A stretch of 64,000 nucleotides of DNA from Harriotta raleighana (taxonomy: Eukaryota), in the NCBI GenBank assembly GCA_050575255.1, contig JBNZDD010013510.1, positions 421,636-485,635 of the forward strand, read 5' to 3'. Below the pieces are notes generated by a model. That model saw only the letters and a list, made by a program, of their open reading frames with translations, was not told the DNA's origin and ran no database searches. The translations under genes were made by a program, and so were the position numbers. Positions 1 to 13,680 of this stretch are shown one piece after another. The number at the start of each line of letters is the position of its first letter. The stretch's first letter is position 1.

Positions 1-26
1 TGGTCTGATTCAGGCACTAACTGAAN

Positions 27-158
27 CACGTGGGAGTGAAGCTTGGCAATGAAAAGGAGAGAGATGCAATTGAATCACAAGATGGTCTGATTCAGGCACT
101 AACTGAAATTTCAATGGAGAATGAGGAAGAAGTGAGAGTAGAAAATAATAAAATCTAA
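27..158 (+). CDS. Probable 3' coding end of a convergent neighbouring gene (HVGVKLGNEKERDAIESQDGLIQALTEISMENEEEVRVENNKI*)
   Basis: Stop-free, Glu-rich frame from the N at 26 to TAA 156-158, followed by AATAAA (158-163) and AT-rich UTR-like sequence. Identity not recognised; PLEKHG3 is the tail-to-tail neighbour of human SPTB (synteny inference only). Confidence 0.45.
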   Translation, partial: HVGVKLGNEKERDAIESQDGLIQALTEISMENEEEVRVENNKI

Positions 159-3100
159 TAAACTTGCATATATATGTATAGTTATATATATATGTATAGA
201 ATATATATTTTATATAGTTTTAAGTGATTGGACGTTATACATTTGTGAATTCTTTTCATATAGATCATTTCTTGAAAAAGTACTCGATGCCTCCATGCAT
301 TGTCATTTCATTTGTGGAAAAAAAGGCTTGACCTCTATTATAGTAACACTGACATAATTAAAAAAAAACATGGATTCAATTAATATTAAAAGATTCCTTG
401 CAAAGCTATCCCTTGCCAGATTTGTTTTTAAAAAATGCATTGCAACTCCATCTGAGAGGGATTTCCTCTGCAATTAGGCTGATTATGAATCAGTTGTATT
501 AAAATGAAACGAAGACCAACAGAGGTAGCAATTTAGGAACAACTTTTTTTTTCCTTTGATATTCCGAGAAGGACTAATTGAGCAAAGGCCTGTTGCAATT
601 GTGGGTCATAATGGGATGCAGGCTGATCAACACTCTGTCCCCTACCACCCCCATCGTAGGAGTCTTGTGAACTTGCTGCTTTGTATCTTAAATGCCACAC
701 AAACTTGTATTAAAGTGAAATGCAGAAGGTTTGGCTTTATTGCTATTAACCCATATCCAGGGCAGGATTGGCAAGATAGTTAAAATCCATTGGATTTGGA
801 CAATGTTTGGACAATGTGATCAATCCCTTAGTATTATGTAACTATTAGCCCTAGAACGTAAAGACAGAACTAATGTTATTGAACAAAGGTTTATGAATGA
901 TAATCAAAGTCTGGCTTGATTATCTAACCTCAGTATCTTACCTTGGTGAATTATTCACATGTGACATGAACAAAAGATAAAAAGATTTAGCTGCATTGAC
1001 TTTGCACTCCACTCAAAATGGGGAAATGGATATCAATAACATCAAAGGTTCTTCCTGACTAAAGTCTTACATGGCACTTACAAAGGTAGATTCTCTTTAT
1101 TATATTATCATGTGGAATGGATAAAAGGCAGTTGAGATGAAGAAAGCTCTTCAACACTGCAGCCTTCACATTACAATAGCAAAGTTTTTCTAAATGTGTT
1201 CACTGTTCAGGTCTCACTCACCCTTCCTGATAACTCATTCCAGATATTGATGCCTCTCGTTGTAAAAAAAAAACTTGTTCAGCTTCCCTCAATGGTCTTG
1301 TCTTGTGTCTAAAACCACAAAATCATTGCAGACCAGGAAGTGGCTGGATTGATTGCTGGTTTATCTTGAGTTAACTGATTTCAGGATGTGGCACTAAAAT
1401 TGGTCACAGAAGACCTGGGTTAGGTAGGGAAAATCAGCCAGTGTTCATGCTCCTGGTTGCTAGACAACAACTTGCATTTATATGGCAGCTTTCACACAGG
1501 AGAACATCTCGCAACACTTCATAAATGTGGATATGGTGACTCGGGGCTTGGTTTCAGGGGATCTTAATTGAACTTGTTGGATACAGTGAACAATTTACTC
1601 AAATAACAGCCCCCAATCTATAACATCCCTGGAGTATAATATGTATTGCCACTGGCAATATACTCTACCTTATATTTGTCTGGATGGATGTATTATATAT
1701 TTACGAATCAGTAAACAGTCCAGAAGATTGGTCAGGGAGTTATCACATTTCTAAAGCTATGACAACTGTCATTTATTAGGCCATTTTCACTCTACCATTT
1801 TATTTTGGATAATTGCATTAGTTTTGTAAGTGCACCTGCAAGTACTTATCAGGATTGACTGCCATTGATCATGAATATGGAAACTGTACTTTATTGCCAT
1901 TGACTGTGGATGTTAGATCACTTTGATTAATGTAAATTATTGCAAGTCTATTCTGGCTAGTGAGTCACTGTTATGTTTTCCTTATAATATAGGAGCTAAT
2001 TTAAAATAATGCCCAGTTCCAGAATTGCATATAACTGCACACATGGATTTCAAGTGCTTATATCCAGTGGAAAATTAATTAATTTTGACACCGGATTTTT
2101 CACTTGATTATTTTTTGACATTCCATATAAACCCACACAAAAATATTGCTTGCAACTCTTTCCTGAATCTGTAAGGAACATAGAAAGACCAAACTAATCA
2201 TTCAAAAATCTGTTCTATAAATACACAAGAATATCAGAGAGGAGAATTTTTTTCATTGAGATTTTAACTACAGCAGTGTTACTATAATCTAGAAAACAGA
2301 TGCAAGAATGGTCATTTGTAACTTAATTATGTAAACAAGGTCAAAGGTGTTCGTATTCCAAGCAAAAAAAATCACAGCAGCTTCACTGATAATCAGTAAC
2401 GATTCCAAATGTACCCTCATAGCTTTTTTCTTTTAGAAGGAAACCAGTTTGAGCTGGTTAAACTCCAGCAGTAACCCCAACCCGCACTCTGGTGTCGCCA
2501 AGCCTTGGCTCTTGCCAAACTGCGCCTAATACTTTCCGCAATTAGGGCAAGCAGGATGCGTACCTCCATTCCAACAACCTACCTCTGGGATTTCCACGCG
2601 TAGGTGGGATGAGTGGAAATCTCAGCTTGGTTGGGACATTCGAAAGCACAGTGATGGGTTTCCGCAAATGTCAAACACCCAGCTGACCAATAGAAAAAAT
2701 TAACTCAGATTTCATTGCACGATCAGTTCTAGAAACTTACTTCCAACAAAATCTCGGACAAGCACGTTGAATTGTGCTCCAGTTCACATAAAAGGTACTG
2801 TACACGCAAAGGAAACGAAACAGACGAAGTATGAGTCATTGTTTTTCCAAGGGTTACATTTACAAAGCAGTGTTGGTTTGTGACTTACACCTGCATGTGC
2901 TCAGTGAATAGAAGCTCACTAAAAAATATTCAACACTGGTAATTTTCTCCGAACCACAACCAAGGCGAATGCACAAAACAAAAAAAGATAAAAAGGAGTA
3001 AGGATGAGAGATGAAACTTATATATAAAAAAAAAGAGTGGATCAATAAAAGCATAAGCTGCTCTACCTTTGAGGGTAACTGCTGTGAAACCTGCATCTCT

Positions 3101-6100
3101 TCCCAGAAAAAAGGATCCAAATTCAAAAAATAGTTTCCTAAACGAACGGAAGGATTTACACGCGATCTATCTAGTTTGATTCCAACAGCACTGAGCAATA
3201 GTGTATCTAGGATTGTATCAAAACCAGGATGGGAATTTTAAAGCAATCATGTCGAGGAAAAACAAATTTGCCTTTCTGACTTCAAAGAGTTCACACATCT
3301 GTGCTCAATCTTTAGTTATTGACTGGTTGGAACATGATTTGATGAGGATTATTGTCACATCAAATGTTGCATTTTGTACCCCTTGGGGTGTGTTATGATT
3401 ACAACTGTAGAATAACATGTTGAAATCAGGACTGTGATGACTATTCCTGTACATCAATGATTTAATTGGATGAGGAGAACCATATTAAGCTCAAAATGCA
3501 CCAGGATTTCAATGGATTCAAGTTTCCAGGATTACAACAGGCTTCAACGCTCAATAAGTATAAAAGTGGAATCGTTTAAAATTGATTTAAGTTTCAAATA
3601 AGATTTTAAATGAATTTTTAGCTTCCAAGTTGTTTCTTTAATGTGTATTTATCAACTATGATCTCAGTCAATTCATTACTTCTTAGCGTTAATATCAATT
3701 GAACAGAATTAAAACCAGATTCTATGTCAAAAATAATTATATTTAATTATTTAGTCTGGAAAGGTTATTACTGTGATGTTTCCTATTTGGTGGTTTGCCC
3801 ACACACCCCCTACCTGGAGAGGACAGCCTCTGTTTTTTATGCTTGGAGAATGTAGATGTTTGTCATTAAGGTATAAGGAAACCTAAAGTGCCAAATTGGA
3901 ATCTCAGAAGCTATCACCACACACCATCAAACTATTGGTGACTTCTATCTAATACATGTCCAGCCAGGAACACTATCTAATCGGATACCAGATTATAGAT
4001 TTATCAAGTGCAAAGTAGAAAAAATCATCGCTTTCAGCAGCACATCCTTCCTCTCCAAGAATCATTGATGAACCTACTAGGATGGACAATCTCAGAGATA
4101 CACAGTACTACTCAAGTCAGGGATCAGTTCACAGAGTTTTTCCAAGGAAAGTTGATTTGGCTTCACTTTTTCTTCATCGGACACAACGATTCTCAAGCGA
4201 TCAGACTTACCTCCATCCCCAAGTAAGATAGTCACAAGTTAGTCACAACTGTCTTTAGCTCTTGCTTGGTACATATCAATTCCTAGGAATTGTGGCATGA
4301 TGATACTCACTGTAAAATATGGTATATATTGGCACCATTCTCCCAAATACAGCAATAACCCACAGTTGGAAGTATGAGACTTCCTCAGCTGTTATTTANA
4401 GCTCTTGCTTGGTACATATCAATTCCTAGGAATTGTGGCATGATGAACACCACTCACTGTAAAATATGGTATATATTGGCACCATTCTCCCAAATACAGC
4501 AATAACCCACAGTTGGAAGTATGAGACTTCCTCAGCTGTTATTTAGACAATTATTTTTGCTTGAATTGTTTCGAGAAACTTTATCTTTATTGTAGTTCCA
4601 GGAAATTGCTTCCGGTCTCAAATTGATACCCACTCCTAGATACCAATACAATTCAACAACAGGATCTGGCACCTTTGCGTTTTCTACTCTGTAATCTGTG
4701 GCACTTGGGACACATTCACTGCCGCACGTTACCAGTTGTCCCATTGTCCTGAGTCCGTACAAAGTCTTCCAACAAGACACCAGCAGCTACAAGCAGTCCC
4801 ACAATTCCGTCAGACTCATCTGTAACTAACCGCCCTTTTTTTGTACCCACTCAAAAACGAGTGACAAAGACATCAAGTAAAATGGGTAATCAGCAGCAAT
4901 CTCGGATCACTCTTCTTTTGAGGATAATAACAACAACAACAACTTGCAATTATATACTGTCCCTTAGGCAGGGTAGCGTCCCGGAGTGCTTGCTGAGGAT
5001 TTGATGATTTACAAGGATCTTGAGACTGCAGTGCACAACTAATTGAAATCCAGGATTCAATCATGCATCCAGCTTCTTTTCAAGGGTTGCGTGAGGGTTT
5101 GAATCAAAGGACTTCCAGAAGTAAATGAGCAAAATGTATGGGAGTTTACCCAAACCTCATTGCATCTTACAATCATGTAGAATGTACAACTTGCCCCATG
5201 CATTGCTTACTGGAACAGAAGAAGCCAGCTAAGACATTCTGATCAGCCAAGGATTTAAAGTGCCCCTTATTGGTATGTACAACGATTACTGGGGGGGGGG
5301 GGAAAAATCACCTTCAGACCCTAAATAAGAAAAAAAAATGCTTGGTAGATGTTAATCTCTCTTGTGGATAGAAGCCACAAATACACTCTGGGCTACAGAG
5401 GGGTGACTATTTCCAAAAGAATCATTCGCCAAACTCAAGAGAGCAGCTGGAAGGCAAGTTGGCAATTCATGGCACTTGCAATAATTTGCTTGAAAATGTG
5501 TTAGGAGAAAACCCACACATTTACTAAACTTAAGTATTTTCTTGCTTTCCCTCATTTGGCATCCTATATATTTGAAGGTTTGATTTTATGGAAGATTGGT
5601 TTGGACAATCGTCCGTGACTCATTTGTGGCTTTTAGAGAATCCAAGCAATTAAATCGAGTCAGAATTCAGCTTCCTTTCATTTGTAGGACGCGTTCTCTT
5701 TCATCGCTCGGCCTTTGGTAACATATGAGCAGACTATAAAAGGTGTTTCTTCTGCTTCTTGCAAGAGTCCTTGACAAAGAGCTGAGATGCTCGCTTGTTT
5801 GTTTGTTATATCAGTCAAGGACATGTAACTCAACACTATATAGACCTTCAAGTGGTTAGAAACTCAATCCGATTCTGAGTGGGCGGAGGTTAACAAGAGT
5901 AAATCAGCAAAATGACCTTTTAATGAGAATAAGTAGTATTGGAAATATAAACATTGAAGGTGCCTGAATGACACAGAGAGTTACGTATACTTCACCTTCC
6001 TTGGATTCAAATCCATGTGAAAAAAGTCCCAATTCTTTCGTTGGTGACTGTCAGTAAGACTGTCTGTCTAAACGAGATCCGATAATGCAAAGGTACTCAT

Positions 6101-6863
6101 GTGTGGACATTGGAGTTAAGATGCAATCTTGAGACAGAGAACTGAGGACTCTTGCTAGTTTGGACTGTAACTACAAATACAACTAGACACCGCAAAGACC
6201 AGTGGTGACGAGCAAAATAAATTTTCTTAATTAAATATTTCTCAATTTATGGTATGAATCTATGCTACTTTGTTATTTCTATGATTATTGTTTAGGCCAT
6301 CCAAAATAGTTAAACTAACTAATGACATAGATCTTTAAATAGTTTACAGATCATTTGTTTCTTATGTTATTCCATTCATCTCACTCATCCTCCGTTGATG
6401 ATAACTGATCATTTACTGGTTATCAAAGTGCAAATTCATTTCAGGAATATCCAAGAAGAGTAACAGGAGATCAAATTCAACTCTCTCAGATATCCAGGCA
6501 TAGCTATATAGGTACCTGTATGTATAGATTTTATCAAATAAGTTGTAATTGTTGCATCTCAAATAGTCATTGAAGATCCAGTTATACCTAATTATTAACA
6601 AACTCCATTATCACAAGGCTTCCCTCCATAACTAACCTTTTTCCCTTAGTCCTGGCTGAAACTCTACAGGCTGAACCTGCCCATAGTTTCAATCTAATGG
6701 CAGATTCAACAATACATTGAGTCAGACGTAAACCTGCCTGAGGCTCCACCCATCCATATAGACTGAAGGCAGTCCTAAATGTGCTAGTTCTGGACTGAGT
6801 CTGATAATGATGAGGTATGAAAAAATACTTTAAAAAGTATAAATCTAGAATTTGTTGTAAAAC

Positions 6864-6955
6864 TTTATTATCTAAAGAAATCCTCATTAGGATTTGTAAT
6901 TTGATAGGGAGGGGAAAGGGGCAATGCATAGATTTTGGCAATTTAATGTTTTATT
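6864..6955 (-). terminator. Candidate polyadenylation signals of the long sptb isoform
   Basis: Minus-strand AATAAA at 6950-6955 and 6864-6869 and ATTAAA at 6942-6947, about 1.2 kb past the stop codon. Confidence 0.4.
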
Positions 6956-8176
6956 AACACCCCCCAGCGCCCTCCCCCACAAATTAAACATTAAACTTTA
7001 AAAGCACAATAGCTTGCCACATTTCCCTGCCATTCATTTAGACCAGAAACTGTCAAATGAAAATATTCAAACAGGTTGAAAAGATAACAGAAAGGAGCAT
7101 TATGATTGAAACAAAAATAGAAAAAAAGTTTTTTGGGGGTATGTATGTGAATTTAAAATGAACACAAAGAAATGTCAGATTCTACAGGTTGCTAGTTATG
7201 ACTTCTGATTCAATTAAAATACTGAGAACATCCGAAACACTTATATTCCAAGAGCACCAGGTTGAAAATATTGTTTAATATCTTGGAAACAAATGTGTTG
7301 TTTAATGCAATGTTGTGTATTATATAAAAGAGCCCTTTGTGTATAAGCATCAGCCCAATAAGACTGAATTAAAATAACTCAAATAAACTTGTGTAGGCAG
7401 TTTGTCTCGAGACAAAACTTATACAAAGTGCAATAAAAAAATTCTCAATTTGATAATCTCATAAAACAATCTATGGAAACACTGTAGCTGCAAGAAAACA
7501 CATGCCAAAACATGTACAGAGTATACGCATTCAGCTTTAGGGGTTTACAGTACAAACGTGGCACTCTTAACCATTTCCAAGATGCATCTGTCATGTAATT
7601 TATCAATTTCACACTGTTATCTATCCTGTTGTTTTATGGTTTGAAAATTTAGGCTTCTGCTTAGAATTCGTATACTTCTTTTTTTTTAAACTATAACTTT
7701 TAACATTCTTTGGTAGCAACAATTTAATTAAATTATGGTTTTGTAGCCTTACTAGAGTCCCACTGTTTGAGCAACCAGCCTTGTAGAAAATAATCGTACT
7801 GTAACATGCGATGGCTGAATAATAAACAGAGAATGTGTTTGAGTACCTGCTGTGATTTTTAAAGCTCCATTTTCAAAGTTCAATTTGAGCTAAATCTATG
7901 TTTCTCAGCCAGTAACCAGGACCATAAGAACCTACATTGGAAAGTATATGTCTAAAACTGAAAATCACCTCAAAAATATTCAATCATATTTTTTGTATGG
8001 GTTGAAATGGGCACATTTTGAGTAAATTTAAAAAGTTACTTTCCCATCACACCATAACGGCGAAATGTATATTTACATTTACAATAACTGGTTTTCCCCT
8101 GTTTGGTGCACTTTAAGAGATGCCACCAATTTTAAATTAGGCACTGAGACATTTTTCTCCCCACATTTTTTCCATT

Positions 8177-8368
8177 TCATTTCTTTTTTGCAAAAAGGCT
8201 GAATCTTTTCTCCTTGTCCTTTTTGCCAGGACTTGTTTCAGGAGCAATGGCGGGTGGGAGTGGGAGGGTATGTGCCCTGACTTCCCCTTGTCTGGCGCTT
8301 TGGAGCTGTGGTTCGTCATTCTCCGCGATGGCTGCGGTCAGATTCTGGATCCAGTTATTCATCTCCTC
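8177..8368 (-). CDS. sptb: Terminal coding exon of long isoform (EEMNNWIQ...[15 protein letters not shown])
   Basis: AG acceptor 8369-8370; 192 nt; PH C-terminal helix and basic beta-spectrin tail. Confidence 0.95.
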   Translation of the reverse strand, partial: EEMNNWIQNLTAAIAENDEPQLQSARQGEVRAHTLPLPPAIAPETSPGKKDKEKRFSLFAKKK

Positions 8369-11300
8369 CTAGAAGAACAAAAGAGACATTCAAAATACAA
8401 AATGTGCCCTGGTTATATTCCCAGTAGATCTGTAGTGAGGGACTTCAATATCTTTCATTTGATTTATACCACTCTGACAACAAATGCAAATGATTCACAA
8501 GGGGAAAAAAAGCATTCCATAGCTTCCTCACAAGCAAAACAAATCTGAGGTGTGCAACTCACTCGCATTTTATACATGCGATTTTTAAAAAAAAGACATA
8601 GGAATAACAAAGTTACTCACCTCATCCTTGCCGTGGAACAGGTATTCACTCCCACTGCTCAATCTGTAATACAAGACCAAGCATTATTATTTCACAAAAA
8701 TACACGCAGCTTGTGAAAAATAATCTGAAACTGGGTATAAAAATTCTAATTTCAGTGACATATTTAACAGCAGTTATAATGGGGACTAGTCTCTGTTGCT
8801 TCCAATCATCTAACCATCATCTTTCTCCCTCAACACTGTTTTCCCATTTTTTCCAGCACAGTAAAGCCTGACTTGCAAACTCGTACACAAATCAATTACA
8901 GTCAAATGTTTGTCCAAAATCACCACAAAAAAAGTTAAAACTATGCAACAATAATAGCATCCGTACGGATGGAACTATTCCATTATTTAACCAAAAAAAC
9001 TTGCATTTTGCATCGCTCAACTTCAAGTGAATATCTCAAGCACAATCTATTATAAATTTTTTATCTGGTAATCTCAAAACGTGTATGCCATGGACTAAAT
9101 AATGTATAGGGATAGAACTCACAGAATAGATGACGATTTTCACTCTATTGACAATCTCTGATATACCGCACAGTTATCACAGATCAATAGCGTCAACAGA
9201 AATTGAATTCCCGATTGATTTTACAACACTATTGTCCTTATGGCTCAAATTGTGAATTGTATGAATGAAACACAAATGTAGCACAGACTGTTGAGTAAGT
9301 TTAAAAGTACTTGATTATGCTACTGCTTCTGGACTTGTGACATACAACCTAATTCAGAAATGTCCATAAGAGGTGTCATTGCAGGAAATTTGTGACATCC
9401 TCCCAATGTGAAAGGTGCTTTACAAGTGTAAATTCTACTGCAGTGGGTTGAACGTTCCAATTGGATCTGTCTTGCAAATACTCACCGGAGTTTAAATACA
9501 TGTTTCTTCTTCTTGTAGTCAGCAGCCACCTCACAGCTTGCAGCTTTCAGATTCAGAGGTTCCTCTCCGTGGTACGTTACAACTGCGCTACAGTTCTTTG
9601 GGTCCTTATAGAAGCTAAATTCTCCTTTCTTCAGGGCACAATATAAAGTAGTCCAGGATCTGGGTTTTTGATACAGAAAACACGAGACGATAGGATCAAA
9701 AAGGGATTTTTTAAAAAAAATACAAATCAGAACTAATTGAATCAGAATGAAATTGCTTTTTAACATTTTTTTTTTACTCTTCATTAACAGAGACTGATTG
9801 TTAGGGTATGGGCCATCCTATGCTATAGGCCGTCCAAGAATGAATACGAGATTAACCAAACTCATTTCACACGGGCTTCGAGAGCACATGGCAGAGAGGA
9901 CATTTGCATGCCCCGAGATGAGCACAATTAGAAAGCAGAAATTCACCTGTTGGATGCCTTCTTATTTGGTCCATCTAGTTCATGCTTGCGTCCCAGGTAT
10001 CCCTCCAGTTGGGCAGTGTGGTCTCTAGGTGTTAGCACTGGCAGTGTAGATGCAAATCTAGATGTCTCAGGTCCCTGTTCTGTCAATATCAAGGGTGGAG
10101 GCTTCATGGCCTTTTCACGAGGTTTTTCTTCAATTTCTGATTTATCTTCAGTCTCCAATGTCTTTTCTTCTGGACTGTCAGTGCCATTTACGAGGACGGA
10201 AAGAGTTTCTGACGTCGTTACCTGATGGAAAAATTGTAGAACAAGATCAATAATCCCCAATGATGAGAATTTAGCGGACACCAGCAACTTGTGTTACTTA
10301 TAAGTTACTTCTCGGAGTCATGCACCTTAATGATGAATCAAACAGATTTGTGTTATTAAGGAGAGTGTACAAAGTGCTGAATACCCAACAGAATCAATAT
10401 CTTGTCAGAGCATTGTTAGCTTCTATTTAGTCATGCTGCATGCTAAGTAATGGAAGGTGAATAAGAAAAGCACAGTAAAAGGAACATTTGCAGATCAGTT
10501 TCTAGAAGTAATGTTAGCCTCCATGTTTTCATCTAATCTCCTTCCCCTTTTAGTATCTCTCCTAGGTTGTGTACCTCCCCATTGCCAAGAGGGCAGACTG
10601 TTCTCAGGATATATACCTTCCTATTCTGGATATACAATTGCGCACAAATTGTGTCTTCCCTTTTGGTTTTCTCTCCTACCCCCCCCCCCCACACCACCTT
10701 GGGAAAGCATGCAACATCTCTCTTCTCCTGCCAGCTGCCTAATGAGATCAAGTTCTCAGAGGAGAGGGAAATTGTACCCAAGTTCCATTGCCCCACACCA
10801 ATTGAACAAAAATCCTAGAGAGGGAACACTGACCCACTCGCCAAACGCACTACACACCAGGTAAAAGCCAACAACTCGTTCGCATCAGGTACCATATGAG
10901 CTGGTAAATGTGAGTTTACAACTTGGGTGATTGGGCAACTTATTGGAACCAAGGAGAAAGTTTAGAAAGGAAGACAAGCTATATAATGCTGAGGTAGGGG
11001 CTGACGTGGCATCTCAAAGTTGATGTGTACGAGTTGCCCATGCAAATGGCATGTGTCTTCTGCACAAGAGGTACATAGGTCCTGGTACAATGGTACAAAT
11101 ATACCAGTGTCAGCTTTTACTCAGTGTGTACTGCACATGATTAGTCCCAGCAGAGTCCTGTTTGTGGAGCAACTAAACAGCTCACCTTCGCCCACCTCGC
11201 ACTTGCTGTTTTTGTTTCACATCCTGTGGATCACTGGATAATATTGTAATTCTTCAAAAAACAAGGGTCATTAAATTGCACGACCAGAAGCAGCTGCAGA

Positions 11301-13649
11301 ACAGGTAACTTTAATTTTACTTTTTTTTTTAAAAGAGAGAAATGCTGAAAGGTAGCTTCCTGACAACATTAAGGTGAAATTTAAGAATGTGCCCTAATTC
11401 TGCCCACTCTTCGTTCGAAGACTTCACATTTGATGCTTGTGCAGGTTAAGTCTCGATGGACTTTGCAGTTTCGCATTGTATTGTCTTTTAAATGATATGG
11501 ATTGCAATCAAAGCTTTTTCCTCAAAAGCTTATTATTTCAGCAAGTGCTCTTAATGGTGTCTAAATGACCAATTGAAAATGTGATAGTTTGGAAGTAAAG
11601 TCTTTGGAGTGCAATCATGTAAATATATGTGAATAGCTTTCAACTGTGGGAAGTGTATTTCCAGAAACACTTTGCAATCATTTCTTTCAAATTAGAGCTT
11701 AGAAGAGTGATATACATCTGGCTATGTCTGGGCAAGAGGAGTCCTGATGAGAGCACTAATGGAAAGCATCTGCTGAAATCAAGAATCATTAAGAACATCT
11801 TTAAAGCCAAATGGCTGGAGCCCCAAATAAATAACCAAATGGAAGTCCAGGGCACAAAGCACGACAGAATTGCCAATTAAAACCAACACGTCGAAAATCA
11901 AAATCTAGATACTGCTGCATAATTCCTTTCACAAAGCCCACACCTTTGCTTCGGCTTTGAAATGTTCCCAGTTAAGGAATGTGATTCATTTGTCCAGTCT
12001 GACCTGTCTGTTTGTGTCCTGCCACGTGGCTAGCTTTCAAAGCTATCTTCGTGAGTGTTCTTCAGTCATCACTGTTCCTCTTCATTCATACTCAAATGCC
12101 TCATCCACTCCCACCAGCAATTTACTTTCTCCCACTCCCTTCTGCCTCCGCCCTCTCAAATGATCCTCAGAACTTCTTTGTCCACAGACCGTACTAACTC
12201 CCCTTCTATCCTATGAAGCACTTTGGGACATCGTCCTGGCATGAATGGATGCTATCCCAAATAAAAGGATTATTATTATCAATATATTCTCCTATAGTTA
12301 CAGACCCAGAGCTTGGAATTGGAATAGCTGATCAATTGAGACAGGAAACAAAGTAGAGGTTTGAAGGAAGAAAAAGGTAAGAAATTGAAGGAAATATGAT
12401 ATATTTGATGTTTAAATAATATTGTACATCATGGAAAAAAATACAAATTCATAACGTAGAAATATCATACTTTAAAATAGGAAAAAAGAGGGTATCATAC
12501 ACCAGGGTGAACTAATAAACCCACGATGGTTTGTGGGACAGTGCTGTGCTCAATTAACTGCCAAGTTTCACCCAGAAAATACACAGTCAATCCACTTTAC
12601 AATATATTCTGTAAATTCTCCGAGTCGTCTCAATGACATGTTAAAGCGCGATCAAATGCAAGTATTATTAAAATCATTATTATTAACATGGACAGTTGGA
12701 TCTATTATGGCCTTGTACATAATTGCCCAACAATTCCCTGCTCAAAGCAATCAAGCGAAATAACCTGCTTTACTCGAGGGTCACTGTTGATGCCAACAGA
12801 TGTGACTCCTGGCAGCACAAGCTCAATTTCCCGACAGCTCGAATGTCAGAAAGTTCAAAAACTACGATTGTTAGCAAAAATACATAAAAGCCACATAATT
12901 AACCCGCTTCCATTATATTTAACCTACGCAAAATCATTCCCTTTAATATTCTCGCTGCTGCAATAACGAGCGAATGAAGCCAGTAAAAGCCAGTCCAAAG
13001 GGAAATGTGGCATGTCATCACAATATTTATTATAGAAATTATAACATAGGTGGAGACCATTTGGCCTATTGACATTATGCTAGTGCTAACGTCTCCATAG
13101 GGGCTAGCTCCTCTGGTCCCAATTCCCTGTTCTTTCCCTGTAATTATTTGCTCCTCCACATGTGTAAGATGTTTGCAAGGCAAAAGATTGAAGTGGATGA
13201 AGAGAACACCAGTTGCTCCATTAACAGAGCAAATAACAATCAGTAATTTAATCCTGTTCTTTCAGTGCTAACAGGTGTGAAAATATTTCTTTTCATCATT
13301 ACTTTCATGATCAAAGTCATGATGTTTCGTAATGTCCATCACTAAGACAGGTTAATGTTTCAAGTGAGGCTATTCAACAGAGCTGGGTCATTCCTGAAGT
13401 TTTATCCCAACATGTTCTATTTTTAACGAAGCTTTCCAACATTCTGGTGTTTTCTTTTCATTTACAAAACTGCTTAGAATGACACATTAAATTGTCAGTC
13501 TTCAATTAAGGTGGATGCCTAACTGGTCAGAGATAGGAATGTCAAACGGGTATAGTAGAGGAGGCCAGATGAAGGCAAATTGCTCAGCCGGAAGGTGCTA
13601 TACTCTGCCAATGTGATTTTACTTTACTGTTTATATGCAGGAATGTATT

Positions 13650-13680
<31 letters not shown>

